A stretch of DNA of 62,988 nt, filler included, from Choristocarpus tenellus KU-1152 (Eukaryota > Protista > Phaeophyceae), in NCBI GenBank assembly GCA_964200185.2. It is 11 parts of 11 records of this genome, joined end to end, with 100 filler letters (N's around TTAATTAATTAA, not from the genome) between each part and the next. Parts side by side here need not be neighbours in the genome. Positions count along the whole stretch, not along the records: positions 5,248 to 14,005 come from CAXNAD020004360.1; positions 14,106 to 19,084 come from CAXNAD020012295.1; positions 19,185 to 34,385 come from CAXNAD020001035.1; 8 more parts are not named here. One strand, 5' to 3'. Shown here piece by piece: positions 10,601 through 21,957 of this stretch (position 1 is its first letter; every line of letters starts with the position of its first letter). The position numbers and the translations under genes were made by a program. The notes below the pieces were generated by a model, which was not told the DNA's origin, ran no database searches, and saw only the letters and a program-made list of their open reading frames with translations.

Positions 10601-13600
10601 ACTTTGAGGACAACAAGCTTAACCCCAAGGGGGTGTGGCCAGGGGTGTGGAGAATGGCCGCTGTGTCGGCGTTTGCCATTCTGTTTTATCTGATCACAAA
10701 CGGTTTCTGGACTGATCTGCCAATGGGAGTGCGTGTGGTGGCTGCAATGTTGTTTGGGATGTTCCAGGTATGATGGGTATGGATGGGTATTTTTCTGTTA
10801 TGGTGAGAGATATGTTTCAACAGGTTCCATAGGCCCTTTGCATGCAGCACAGTCTTTCCAATGATTCTTATATTGCAACAGATTGATTCAAGTACAAGGG
10901 TTAGGGTTAATATATATATATATATATAGGTTGGTGTGATGGTAAAAGGTGTACCTTTTATACCACAGACAATTTCGTAAGAGCCGGATTATTGAGGGGA
11001 CTAAATTGCAATCTTGGTTGCATACCTCATTGTGGGTGGGATTTCTGTGTGTCATGGTGAGCTAGCTGCGTGGCGTTCTCCTGTGTATTTGTCGTCTATT
11101 GATGTCCTCTCCAGACCTGAAGAGTTGTGGTTAGGGTTAGGGCTAGATGCTTGTTGTACCGCTGTTATTATGGAAGACCAATTATGCCAAGAATCAGTTA
11201 CCTTTGATGAAGATTTTGGTGGGGAACATGCAGGGCTTAAACACACGCTTTTCTACTCTTGCCATGGAACAGACAACGACACTAATCCAAGAATATACAG
11301 GAGGTTTTCTGAATTATGTGTCTTTTGGGGTATGTAGGTAGTTATTGGGTTAGGGTTAGGGTCTTTTTTAGTTATTTTTGATCAATAGAGGATAGAGGGT
11401 ATCCCATGAAGAGCAACATTTTCACCAATATCAACAAGCCAGTATGTTTGTTCCATTGTGCCATCATGGCAGGTTCGCCTGGCAACAACCTTCCCCTCTA
11501 TCCCTCTCTTTGTTGTCTATTGTACCATCATCACCCAGTGCTTTGATCTTACTGCCCGAAATACATACAAAGTAGTTCAGCTCACCTTTTAATGTGCACC
11601 TCTTACACCCCTTTACCTGGCATGACAGGCTCTGCCACTGTTGCATGTAATGCACGATTCCTCACACACCGCCTTCGGGCGTACACAAAACTGGCACGCC
11701 CTGGGCGGTCGACTGTTCATGGACTTCTATGCTGGGGCCAACCTCACCTCCTGGCACTACCAACATGTTGTGGGGCACCACATCTACACGAATGTGTATG
11801 GAGCTGATCCTGACCTCCCTATGACCGAGGTGTGTTGGTTAGGAAAGTGTGCTAGACATGGTGAGAATGGACTTGTGTAGTGATATGTACTCACAGATTC
11901 ATTTTTGATATTTTTGGTTAACAGGAGAGATTGGTCGACGCGCTTGTTTAGTAGGAATTAGTGAGGTATTGTCACCTGTCGAGCTCAGGACCAAGGATCA
12001 CCAAGGCAATCTCTCGTATCGTCTCCACTTTGTAGGCTGAGATGCCGAAGTTGTTTTTTTTGGGGGGGGGTGGGGGGTGGGGTTAATGTGTCGTCATAAC
12101 TGAAGGATATATTAATTGCACTATCAGAAGTCACACGAGTTAGGGTTAGGGTTAGTTCGCATAGGATTGCTGTTAGTGTTTTATTTTTGCCCAGGAACAT
12201 ATATCTCCCAGTCCCTTGCTGATCCCTCCGTGAAGTGGCTTGATTCTCTTTTCACACTTGTGAAAATCTGATGCTGGCAGGTTGGTGATCCACGTCGCTT
12301 AGTGCATCGCCAGAAGCACGCACCTATTTACAGGTTCCAGCACTTGTACCTACCTCCCTTGTACGGCATCCTTGGACTGAAGGTCTGGACCTTACTGGCT
12401 GAATGGATACTTGCAATTGCTATGGTGGCTGGGCAATCTGATTTTTTTTTTTTTGAGCTGTTGAAGAATGATTCAAGAGCGTTCTACGTCGCTCTCATGA
12501 GCTGCATTGATTGTCGTGGTACATTAGACCAACCTTGGATTAGCTATTAATATTGTGGGGGGGGGGATTAGTTGCAGGTGAGGCTTGTTGAGCGGGTATA
12601 GATGGGGGCGTATTCATAGCCTGTGTTTCCTATTGATGTGTGGGTCTTGAGTCTGTACACGTGTGGAATTGAGAAAGCTCTTCTTGTTTTCTATTTTAAA
12701 AAAAAAATAAGGTTGGTCTACCATTGATTTGTGTAGTATTAATATTAACACTTGCATACTCGATAGGTACAGGATGTGTGTGTGAATGTGTGTATAATGT
12801 GACATGGTCAGGCATAGATTATTGTGTTTTGGGCAAGGCAGTAAGTAACGTCTGTTTATGGCAATGCTTTACAGCAGTTTCTGTACCAATGTTGGTTCGT
12901 TCTTCCCTGTGAGATATTTAAGGTGTGCTCAGCTAATAGTGAGTGCTTCTTTCCCAATTTTTTTCTCCACCTTGCATCAGAAGGGTCACAATGCATGATA
13001 ATTGTAGTGTGTAAGCAGCTTTTGGAAGGTGGCGTGTCTAGTGCTAGAGTGAGCACAGTGGTGCAATGTAAAGATTCTAGTCTCAGGTCGTGCTGATCTG
13101 TTGGTTCACCGCCTGCAGCTAAAGATGTCCTAACTTGTCTGAAGCATCGGTTGTTAGGGTGGTAGCACTGTTTATATGTGCCTAATGTTGCATGATAACT
13201 CTTCTGCAGCACTCTGTAATACTTTAAATGGTGTGCAGTTTGAGTCCGCTGTGTGAGTTTGGATGGTAGTGAGTCGAGTCAGTCCATGTGGATGATTCAA
13301 GAATGTGTCACAGTAAGAGACCTGGCCGGTCAAAAGAGGTTAAGACTGATCATTGAGATCTACTATACTGTAACAATCAGAAGAAGTTATGACGTGTAGA
13401 AATGCCTAGCCCTTGTGTGTATGAAGGAGAATGGTTTGTAGAACCTTCACTTTAACCTTAACCTTAACCTTTTTTTCCTATGATGTCTGTCCTGTGTGTG
13501 ATGATGTAATGGTGCAGTTCCGGTTGCAGGACTTGACTGATACCTTCTTTGGCAAAACAAATGGACCTGTAAGGGTGAACCCTATCTCCCCTCTCCGCTG

Positions 13601-13609
13601 GGCAGAGAT
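7637..13609 (+). CDS. Front-end fatty acid desaturase with N-terminal cytochrome b5 domain (delta-5-type), exons 1-8; 3' end cut by the contig edge
   Basis: Exons 7637-7678, 8252-8321, 9312-9421, 10168-10269, 10600-10767, 11629-11829, 12281-12382 and 13518-13609 are all GT-AG and in phase. Motifs: KYTWQEVAKHN, HPGG heme motif, His boxes HDSSH and QHVVGHH, ADPDLP, QHLYLPPLYG, TNGPVRVNP. The third His box is missing because of the truncation. Confidence 0.95.
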
Positions 13610-14105
13610 GTGAGATTCGTTCGTTAGTTAGGAGTAGGGGTTTGGAAGTGATTCCTTCAGTGTTTGTTTATCATATAGTGCAGAGTCTCTGGGCTTACGG
13701 GGGGGGGGGGGGGGGGGGGGGGGGGAGGGGAGGACTAACACTAACACTAACCCTCCAAATTGTCACACTGATGGCTGTGTAGTTGATCTGGAACTGGTTA
13801 ATGCAGTCAGCTTGCTTGAGTTGTGTACTTGACTTGATCGTCACTTTTTTTATACCCCTTAGAATGGTTTTTCTACACCATACCCCAACATCCCCAGGCC
13901 TCCCTCTCCGCCTTGCATTTCCTCCCCCCCCCCCCCCCCCCCCCCCCCTTGGCTTGCTGTCCTGGTAGATCCCCCGTCCCCCCGATTCTTTTTTTAGGCA
14001 CCTGTNNNNNNNNNNNNNNNNNNNNNNNNNNNNNNNNNNNNNNNNNNNNTTAATTAATTAANNNNNNNNNNNNNNNNNNNNNNNNNNNNNNNNNNNNNNN
14101 NNNNN

Positions 14106-14151
<46 letters not shown>

Positions 14152-15051
14152 GGTGGGGAATAGTACACTCGGTTTGTGTGCATGCTTTGTCAGAGTGAAG
14201 TGTCGTTAATTGTGTTCTTACTTGACCTTTGGACTGTGCTAGATTGGAGCTCTGTGGCCGTGTTGGAGCTACGGCGGCAAAGGCAACAACAGCTGGCGTG
14301 ATTCCAATTATTTTTTTTATGCTGCAGGGAATCCTTTTTTTTATTTGAAGTTCTTCTGCACTGTTATCTTGGGATTTCTGCTCAGGGTTCTACAGCAGGG
14401 TACGAAGCAAGGCGAAATAAGTGTTTTTGATTGGTGGGAAGAATAAAATATATTACTACACATTGGTTGTTCAAGGAAGTTGCCTCTCGAATTTATATGT
14501 GTGTTTGTGTTTTCTGAATCATTATGTACTGTATATATTTGTTGCAAGAAATGGGCACATTTGTCTAGATTAACAGCTCATCTTTTTTATTATTATCATA
14601 TTTGGACACGAGCTTATTACAGCAATTTTTTTAGGGTGAGGATTGGGAAGAAAGGAATGTGATGGGGGGGAGGCAAGGAGGATTATCAGCATGAAGTACT
14701 GAGAAACATGGCACAAATATAATGGTCAGACTCTTGCAAGCATTAGACCAATGGAAATGTACTCCACTGACTTTTTCTATTTTAGTGTTAGGGATTTATA
14801 ACCTACTATTTTACAATATTCCTGGGGTCTAACCACTGGGTCTTCGCTTATTAATTTGAATGACAACCAAACCAATGCTTGTGTCTGGAAATGGAAATTT
14901 GTTGGAGTAAACTGTACATACCTTGACAATTTGAGGTACACTTTCTGAAAGAGAATCATGCCGAGCTCTTGTCTATTTTTTTGGTCTCTTGACTGCAAAG
15001 TCCTTACATGGACTTTGGTGTCATCATGCGTTTTCGTCTTTTTTTTTACAG

Positions 15052-15169
15052 ATTCCCTACGCCTTCCAACCCTCGACTGGGTAGTGAGGTGGAGATAGTC
15101 TCCCTGGTCATGGAGGGTTTGCCCCGCCCCCACCCCTTTGCCATGGAGTTAGGCTCGGATGCCTTGGAG
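15052..15169 (+). CDS. Orphan internal exon, product unknown
   Basis: Strong polypyrimidine tract plus CAG acceptor and a GT donor around an open frame FPTPSNPRLGSEVEIVSLVMEGLPRPHPFAMELGSDALE. No partner exons identified. Confidence 0.45.
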
Positions 15170-15634
15170 GTGTGTGCTGCAAGGCTTTTTTTTGTGGTTT
15201 TCAGTGTGGATGCAGAGCTGGTAGGAAAAGAGGTTTTGGTTTATTAATGCCCTCATAGGTACTATTTTTAGCTTACTTGCCACCTGCGGCAACCACTGGG
15301 GGTGATGGTGTGACGCATGGTTAGCCTGTTTTTTTAATCTTTGATTCCCTTTTGTAGAGTGGGCATTTATGATCATCTGCTGCACCTCTCATCGCTCTGC
15401 TTCTCAAGGGAACCATTCATCCCCAGCCTTAACTTCTTGTCCCAAGTTAGTGATCTACTTTGATTGTATACAAGGTAGTTGTGTCAGTATCACAGCCCTC
15501 TCTAACCCAAACAATCGAGATACCCTCCGCCTTGCCCTCCCCCTCCTCTTCCCCCTGGCCCTCAACTATTTGGAGCTCTTTGGATTTGCCGCACTTACCT
15601 CTGCACCTATCCCTGCACTGACCTCAACCCTAAC

Positions 15635-18600
15635 ATGAATATCTTGTATATTGGCCCCCCTAAGGCCGCTCGAATACAGGTAGGAAGTGTCCTAAACCAT
15701 CCTCTCCTCCCTGGAAGTGAAGCCTCGCACTGGATCGTGCCCACAATGCCCCCCCTCGTCCTCTCCCCACCGAGCTTGAGCACCATTGGCAATGGTTTCG
15801 AAGGGTCCACACAAGAAGGGAACAGGACCACTTCGAAGCTGAGGGGGGAGGAGGAGTCCTTGGAGGGATTGGAGATTAATAGTAGCACACCATTGGTGAC
15901 AACTGAGACAGAGATTGCTGAAGGAGGTGTGAAGAATGTCGGTTGGCAGGTTAGGGGTGGAGGCGTTGTGGGCTCCATGGCTACAGGAAGGTGGGATTCG
16001 CCTGTCGAGTTGCAGGAGGCTGGGGGCTGTGAACAGAGCTTAGGAGTTGGAAATGGACAGACAGGGATGAAACTGAGAAGACGACAGAGCTCAAAGGGAG
16101 TAGAGATGGGCAGTTTTGTGAAGATTACAGGACAGAGCGGCAGATAGGATGAGGAGACGAACAAAGAAGATAAATTAATTGTTAGGACCAATGCAGAGAT
16201 CGGTGAGCCTGTCTGGTAGGGAATCTGTGGAGAAGACATGTCGTTTTCTGACTGCAGGAAATAGTTGGAAGTCTGAGGTTGAGTGGAGTTGTATGGTGTG
16301 TAGTGCTGCATCACCTGGGTCAAGCACCTTGCAACAAGAGTGCCTTATTTATTTATGTTTACGCATTATGCTGGTGTTAAAAAGGCTTGTTATTGCGCTT
16401 GGATGCATAGTTGATCAATTGATGGTACGGGGACAATCCATGTGCAGATGGTGCAATAGGTTGGTGCTGTGGTTGTTGTGGTTTTGCTACCAGCCCCTCC
16501 ATCTACCTCTGCTTGCTGAGGTGGAGATAGAAACTGATTGTGTGTTATTTTTATGAATATGATGAAAGGAGAGCAGAAATAATGAGCCACTCTACAGATT
16601 TTTTCTTATAGTGTAAACTTGTGAAATTATTTTGTCACACACTATTGTAGAATTAACTCTGTGTGCTGAAGTACAAGGATTGATTGCACTTTATTATCAT
16701 ACCAGATGGCAGCCACAGTGACCCCAAATACTCAACATGTGTATCTAGCACTCTGAAGGGTAAGTTGGTGCTCTTTTGAATGAGTGATTGTCTCCTCTTC
16801 TACAGGCACAGCCTCTAAACGGGTTTAGCTACATCTCAGGCATGGGAATGGAGTTTCACGCAGAAGGTTCCACAAGCCCTAGATATTCAGAAGGAGTCTA
16901 AACTGAACCCTATCATGTATGAAACGACCTTTTGCAGGATAAGATCTCTGGTTTGCATTACGTGATGGAACACTGGAGCTGACCACGGTTTGTTGTCAAG
17001 AGAGGGCAGCACTGCCCGGAGTATGCTGCCTGATGATAATGTGTATATGAGGAAGTGGAAAAATACTTACATGTGCTATCAGCAGAGATTCGAGGCTGCC
17101 AGCAGACTGTTTATTCTACTTTTTTCGGATTAAAGTGAGCGGGCATGTAAATTTCAATCACAAGAATACGTTATGCCCTTTTCTGGGCAGATAGTGCATA
17201 AATACAGGAAATTCTTGATGGGATCAGCAATGTGAGTGGGTGGAACGATATCGCTACCCACTTGAAGTATAGTCTAAATGCTTCCTCAACAGTACTTTGT
17301 ATAGAGAGACATACTGTGCTGTTGATCCCCCTATATATACCACTACCATGTACTGTGTTGGGGTATTGCGGAGAGATGTTATTTAGAGGAAGAACACTTG
17401 ATGCCACCAGAAAAAATCTAATCGGTAGATCAGTTTTCCGTCCCTGGTTGTATCTCCTTGTCAAAGCATGTTTGCATTTAACAGATGGAATCCCTGTTAG
17501 TAATACTAGTGATGTAATAGTACAGAGAACTGGTTTAAGATATATCAGAGGGACTGAAGGAGACCTCTACTGTTTTGGGGGGGATAGGTAATACTGTTAC
17601 AGTACGCTCCAAAGTTTACCTCCATGGGATGCATAGCTCCAGTCCACAAGCCTACAGACGGCGCTGATGCACGTACAGGACTTCTGATGCACAAGTCGTC
17701 AAGTATGCTGGATCTCTCACTTGGATTATTCCCTTCATAAGTATCAATATCATCTTATAAAAGGAAGTGGTAATGGTGAACTACCTAAAGCCATAATAAT
17801 GGCTAAATAATAATATTAATATATAATGGTGTTTATGAAACCGCTATCATGACATATCGCATGTAGCAATACTCACTGTCTAGATAGAGACTTTCAACCA
17901 AGGTAGGTAAGTAGATTAAATCTAGAGACAGATGTTCTTCATGGGGGCGATGGGAAAAGGGTCGCCTCGTATCAATTTCTCTGAATCGATACATGGAGTA
18001 CGGCATTAATTGGAAATACAAAATAAGGTGATCGGGAGGTTGAGAGATTCAATGCCTTTCCAGCACCCCCATTCACCACCCAAACGGTTGGTTGCAGCAT
18101 CTCTATCATGAGCTAGCTTGAGCTCCACATAACTGTGTCAGTTTCTGTTGTGTTGAACAAGTCAATACTGTAGGTATCATACTACCTTGATTACCAATAA
18201 CCTCAAGAGGGGTGTGCAATAAAGCAGAGAAACAAAGTCAGCAGAAGCGGTCCTTCATAGCTGTCCGCTAACTCTGACCAATAGAGAAAGTAGAACCGAG
18301 GTATACAACTAATTACAACCTCAACACCTTCGTTGTGGAAAGATTTGGGCACCTAGGGAATAAAGTGGAAATTCTCCTGGGTGACCTAGCTACACAAACG
18401 GTAGAGGGGAGAGGAACTGCAGGCTACGGCAGGAAAGGGGCGGTAAAATCCTGCCTATGACAAATAGTCTCTGTAACCACGCAGGTGGCCCTGTCTAGGC
18501 GTGTCAAGAGTTTTTAGCTGGAGTCACCAGGGAGATAGGCAAGGAGGGGTGTATTAGATTCATGGGATTCTTCCCTAGCACTTCACCTTGTGATGCAGGA

Positions 18601-18780
18601 ATAGCTAGATTGGTGGAACAGGAACGCAGAGTATACCCCATAGGAGGTATTAAATACCAAATAGGTCTATGATTTTCACATATATGACAACTGTTACTTC
18701 TTTAGGGACTTTTCTAACATGTGAAGAGTTTTCATTGGTTTTTCCGGTCTAACCTCTTGAAAATGCAAAAAAGTATAATT
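15635..18780 (+). mobile_element. Decayed CRE-like (RLE-type) non-LTR retrotransposon, possibly near full length
   Basis: RT-like remnant KLNPIMYETTFCRIRSLVC at about 16900. C-terminal remnant FVVERFGHLG...QIVSVTTQVALSRRV at about 18330-18510. A 3' tail follows that is shared with other copies in the window. Many stops and frameshifts; the 5' boundary is uncertain. Confidence 0.55.
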
Positions 18781-18835
18781 GTATAAAAAAATTACATTCG
18801 TACGTTGATACTAAAAGAAGGTTACGATATATTTT

Positions 18836-19084
18836 TATTATTATGCCCTCTGACATTTGCAGATGTGTCAGGGGGGAAACCAATGAAAACTATATATATG
18901 TTGTTGTTAGCCCTAAAGAAATTAAATATCCTAAACATAAGAACACTATAAAACACTGTGTGGAAACCACTAATCAGTTACTTCACCACTATCAAATATT
19001 GTACTACTGTCTTATCTTCCCATCTACCTGCTCCTGTGCCTCCGGGGGGGAGCTAAGGAAGCATCCCAAGAATCCAACAGACCC
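18836..19084 (-). mobile_element. 3' end of the same CRE-like element, tail-to-tail with the previous copy
   Basis: ttattatgccctctgacatttgcagatgtgtcagggggg at 18836-18876 and gaagcatcccaagaatcc near 19060 are reverse complements of the shared 3' motifs. Confidence 0.7.
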
Positions 19085-19393
19085 NNNNNNNNNNNNNNNN
19101 NNNNNNNNNNNNNNNNNNNNNNNNNNNNTTAATTAATTAANNNNNNNNNNNNNNNNNNNNNNNNNNNNNNNNNNNNNNNNNNNNAAACAAACAGGTTGAA
19201 CTAAGAAAGGTTATACTGAGGTTGGAAGGTTAAGTGGGGGGGGGGGGGGGAGGAAGAGAAAAAAAGTTTCAATTCCAATGTGTTGTGTACCCACAGTGCC
19301 CTGACAGTGCCCTGACAATATACAACAGGTCAATCCACAAATAGGACCCTCCCTAGGAACGCCTTTTTGATAGGAAAGGTTTGCTATACACAC

Positions 19394-21729
19394 CGTAGGC
19401 GACGGACAAAGCCCAGACGGAGTCCTTGCAGTAGGTTTGAAGTCCAAAATATGTCGCTTGAACCGAACACGTACACAGGGACAAGCGGGATGTCATTTCG
19501 GAGGGCAAGCTTGACAAACCCCATGCGCGCCTTGATATACAGGAGCTCCTTCCCGAAACTACCCATGACCTGAGATGAGCACAGAGCGATACGTATCAGC
19601 AATTTTGAAGGGCAGGGTGGGTGTACGGACACACTTCAGTTCCGTGAACATCACACCCACACACCCACACCCACACACACCCTGCTCAAAGTAACTGCAG
19701 TGGTTTGCACCCTACAACCCTAGACTCCATTGTTCCGTGTGGAATGGGGTTAGTAGAGGTCCTCAAGGAGATCCAGCGCAAGTAAAAAAAACAAAAAAAC
19801 TCAACACTTAAAAAAACAAGACTCAGCAAAATAGTACGCAACCCCTCTCCGAGCAACTGCTCCTAGGAGCCTTAAGCAATTATTTCCTGGGAAGTGGAGG
19901 AGTGCCTGCGAGGAGCGCGTCATCCCTCGCCACGGTCGATTATCGGAACAAGCTATACGCTCATTAGTAGAGCAGATACATACGTGTGAGAAGCATTCGA
20001 AATCACAAAAATCACAAAAGAAAAAAAAGAAAACAAGGTTGCAATTAATCCGAACGATTTCCAATGCGTTCAATTTTTTCCCCTCACCACAAAACACGCC
20101 TCTCCTTATTATTACAAATCATTCGATGTGTTTACACACAGTAAAGATGGCAAATGTTGTCCCAATGCTGCCCTTCGCACCTGCTCATGTTCCCCACCTG
20201 GCACAACGAACACGCTGTGGCCATTTTCCAGGGCTCGCTGCGCTGATGCCCTTCCTGCATCAATGCAGTGCGACCAGAGACTGATCTCCCTTAGCAAAGG
20301 AACCTTAAACAGGATTGAGGCTGCCAGTGCTCGCCACGACCGCAGCTTTGCAGCACAACATGGGCAATTTTGGCGAAATTTAGTAGAACGTATTAACATT
20401 TCTAAGCATGCACGGCATGCAAAGACTGCACACAACATGGGACTGAAGAAGCGGAAAGGGATTGTGCAATGTTTGTAAGAAATGTTTTCTCTCTCTCTCT
20501 CTCTCTCTCTTTCTTTGCACATGGTTCCTGGTCACATGAGAGCATAGGAAAAGGGATTGAATGATCTTGAAGTCACCAAGTAAGTGGTCCCTGTGAGGAA
20601 ATGTTTCTACTTACAACAACACAGCACTGTGAACAAAAACCCCGGCAATACAGAAATTGAAGGACCGGGAAGAACAACGAGATTGTTTTACCAATTGCTT
20701 GAGGGGAGTTTGCTTCCAATGCGACTCTTCCAAGGTATACATTGTGATTAAGGTGTTCAAGTTCCTGGAAGAGCATCAAAATCGAATTGTACACAGACCA
20801 ATCTTAACCCCAACCTACTGGTCCTGGTTGATGAAAAACCATTGTTAATCATAACGAGAGAGACAGAGCCTGCACCTTAGGGAAGGATTTCCTGATCACT
20901 CCATCAAGTAAGAGGCGGTACTCAGACATGACTCCGTGGGGGTGCAATCCGAAGACGAAGCGCTCTTCTCCTGACATATTTTCTGGTGCAAGGGCAGGGT
21001 CCAAGTGGAGCTGTGCAATATGTGGTCATGTAGAGAAAGTGGGAGGGGTTAAACACCGCTTCGGCTTGGCGGAGTGTGGGGGGAGGGGATCGGTCAATTC
21101 GCTCGATCCCCCGTTTGTTGAAAGCAGACTGCAACATAGTGGTGGAGTAAGCAAGACACCCAAACCCTATGGGAGAACCATGTACACACCTCTACAATAT
21201 GTTATAGGTAATTTCTCATTTGTTTAGAGTGCCAAAAAAATCGCCTGTGGAAAGGAGTTGCCTTTGGTTTGGGTTGGTGCTAAGAGGTAAGGTTGAAAGG
21301 GTCTCTCACAACACCTGCAGATCAAAGTACTGCCTGGCCAGTTCCAAAATCCAAAAGCGTTCAGTGAAAGCCGGCCACGGATTTCCATCTTTCCGCTCCG
21401 ATCCGTCGAAACTGCGGTGAATAGAGAGAAACATGGAGTCAGGGGTGTAATGCCTTAATGGTGAAGGCAACAACACAAAGGAGACGTGCATAGAACCTTT
21501 CAGGGAGTCCGGTTTCCCTTCCCACTTACACGAGGACCCACCTAAAATATGCGTACGTCAACAGCGGGATGACGACGATAGGGTGAGACCACACCAGAAG
21601 TATCGCAATTGGAAGCAATAAGATCCCTGACAAGGCAAGGAGATTGAAGAACCCCATCATGGCAGCACTGTATAGTTTCAGAACCCAATCTCCCCGCATG
21701 GAGTCTGGTGTGGACTCAGGAAGAGGCAT
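19394..21729 (-). CDS. DGAT2: DGAT2/MOGAT-family acyltransferase, exons 1-5; 3' end cut by the contig edge
   Basis: Exons 21729-21542, 21411-21315, 21010-20876, 20345-20181 and 19569-19394 are in phase. N-terminal hydrophobic segment, YF, FGLHPHG, VPLLRE, VVPGGxxE and RxGFVKLAL...PLVPVYVFG motifs. Confidence 0.93.
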
Positions 21730-21957
21730 AGTGGAAAGTGGTGACAAGTGTACGACGTGTGGCGCCAACCTCTGGTTAACTATATGGTGGGCTAACCTCG
21801 TATACAGAGTAAGCACTAATTTTTTGTATGTCTTGTATCATGTCAACCTATATCTTTTTTCTACTTTTTGAAATACCAACCAACCATCCCTTATTTGCCC
21901 ATCAAGTACAAGGAGTTTCCCTTGGAAGGTTGGATAGACAAGGGAAGTATAGGCACC
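21730..21957. promoter_or_regulatory. Probable bidirectional promoter
   Basis: Only 228 bp separate the two divergent start codons (DGAT2 ATG at 21729 on -, caccATGg at 21958 on +). Confidence 0.6.

Noticed and set aside
14106-14150. Long poly-G runs (also 13699-13725, 34486-34510) as G-quadruplex elements
   Set aside because: They lie at or near contig ends, where homopolymer length is unreliable and sequencing artefacts are common.
15607-16323. 238-aa minus-strand ORF as a gene
   Set aside because: S/P/T-rich antisense shadow of a purine-rich + strand region that probably belongs to the decayed LINE.
7637-21729. Lipid gene cluster (desaturase plus DGAT2)
   Set aside because: The genes sit on different contigs separated by two artificial spacers, so linkage is not shown.
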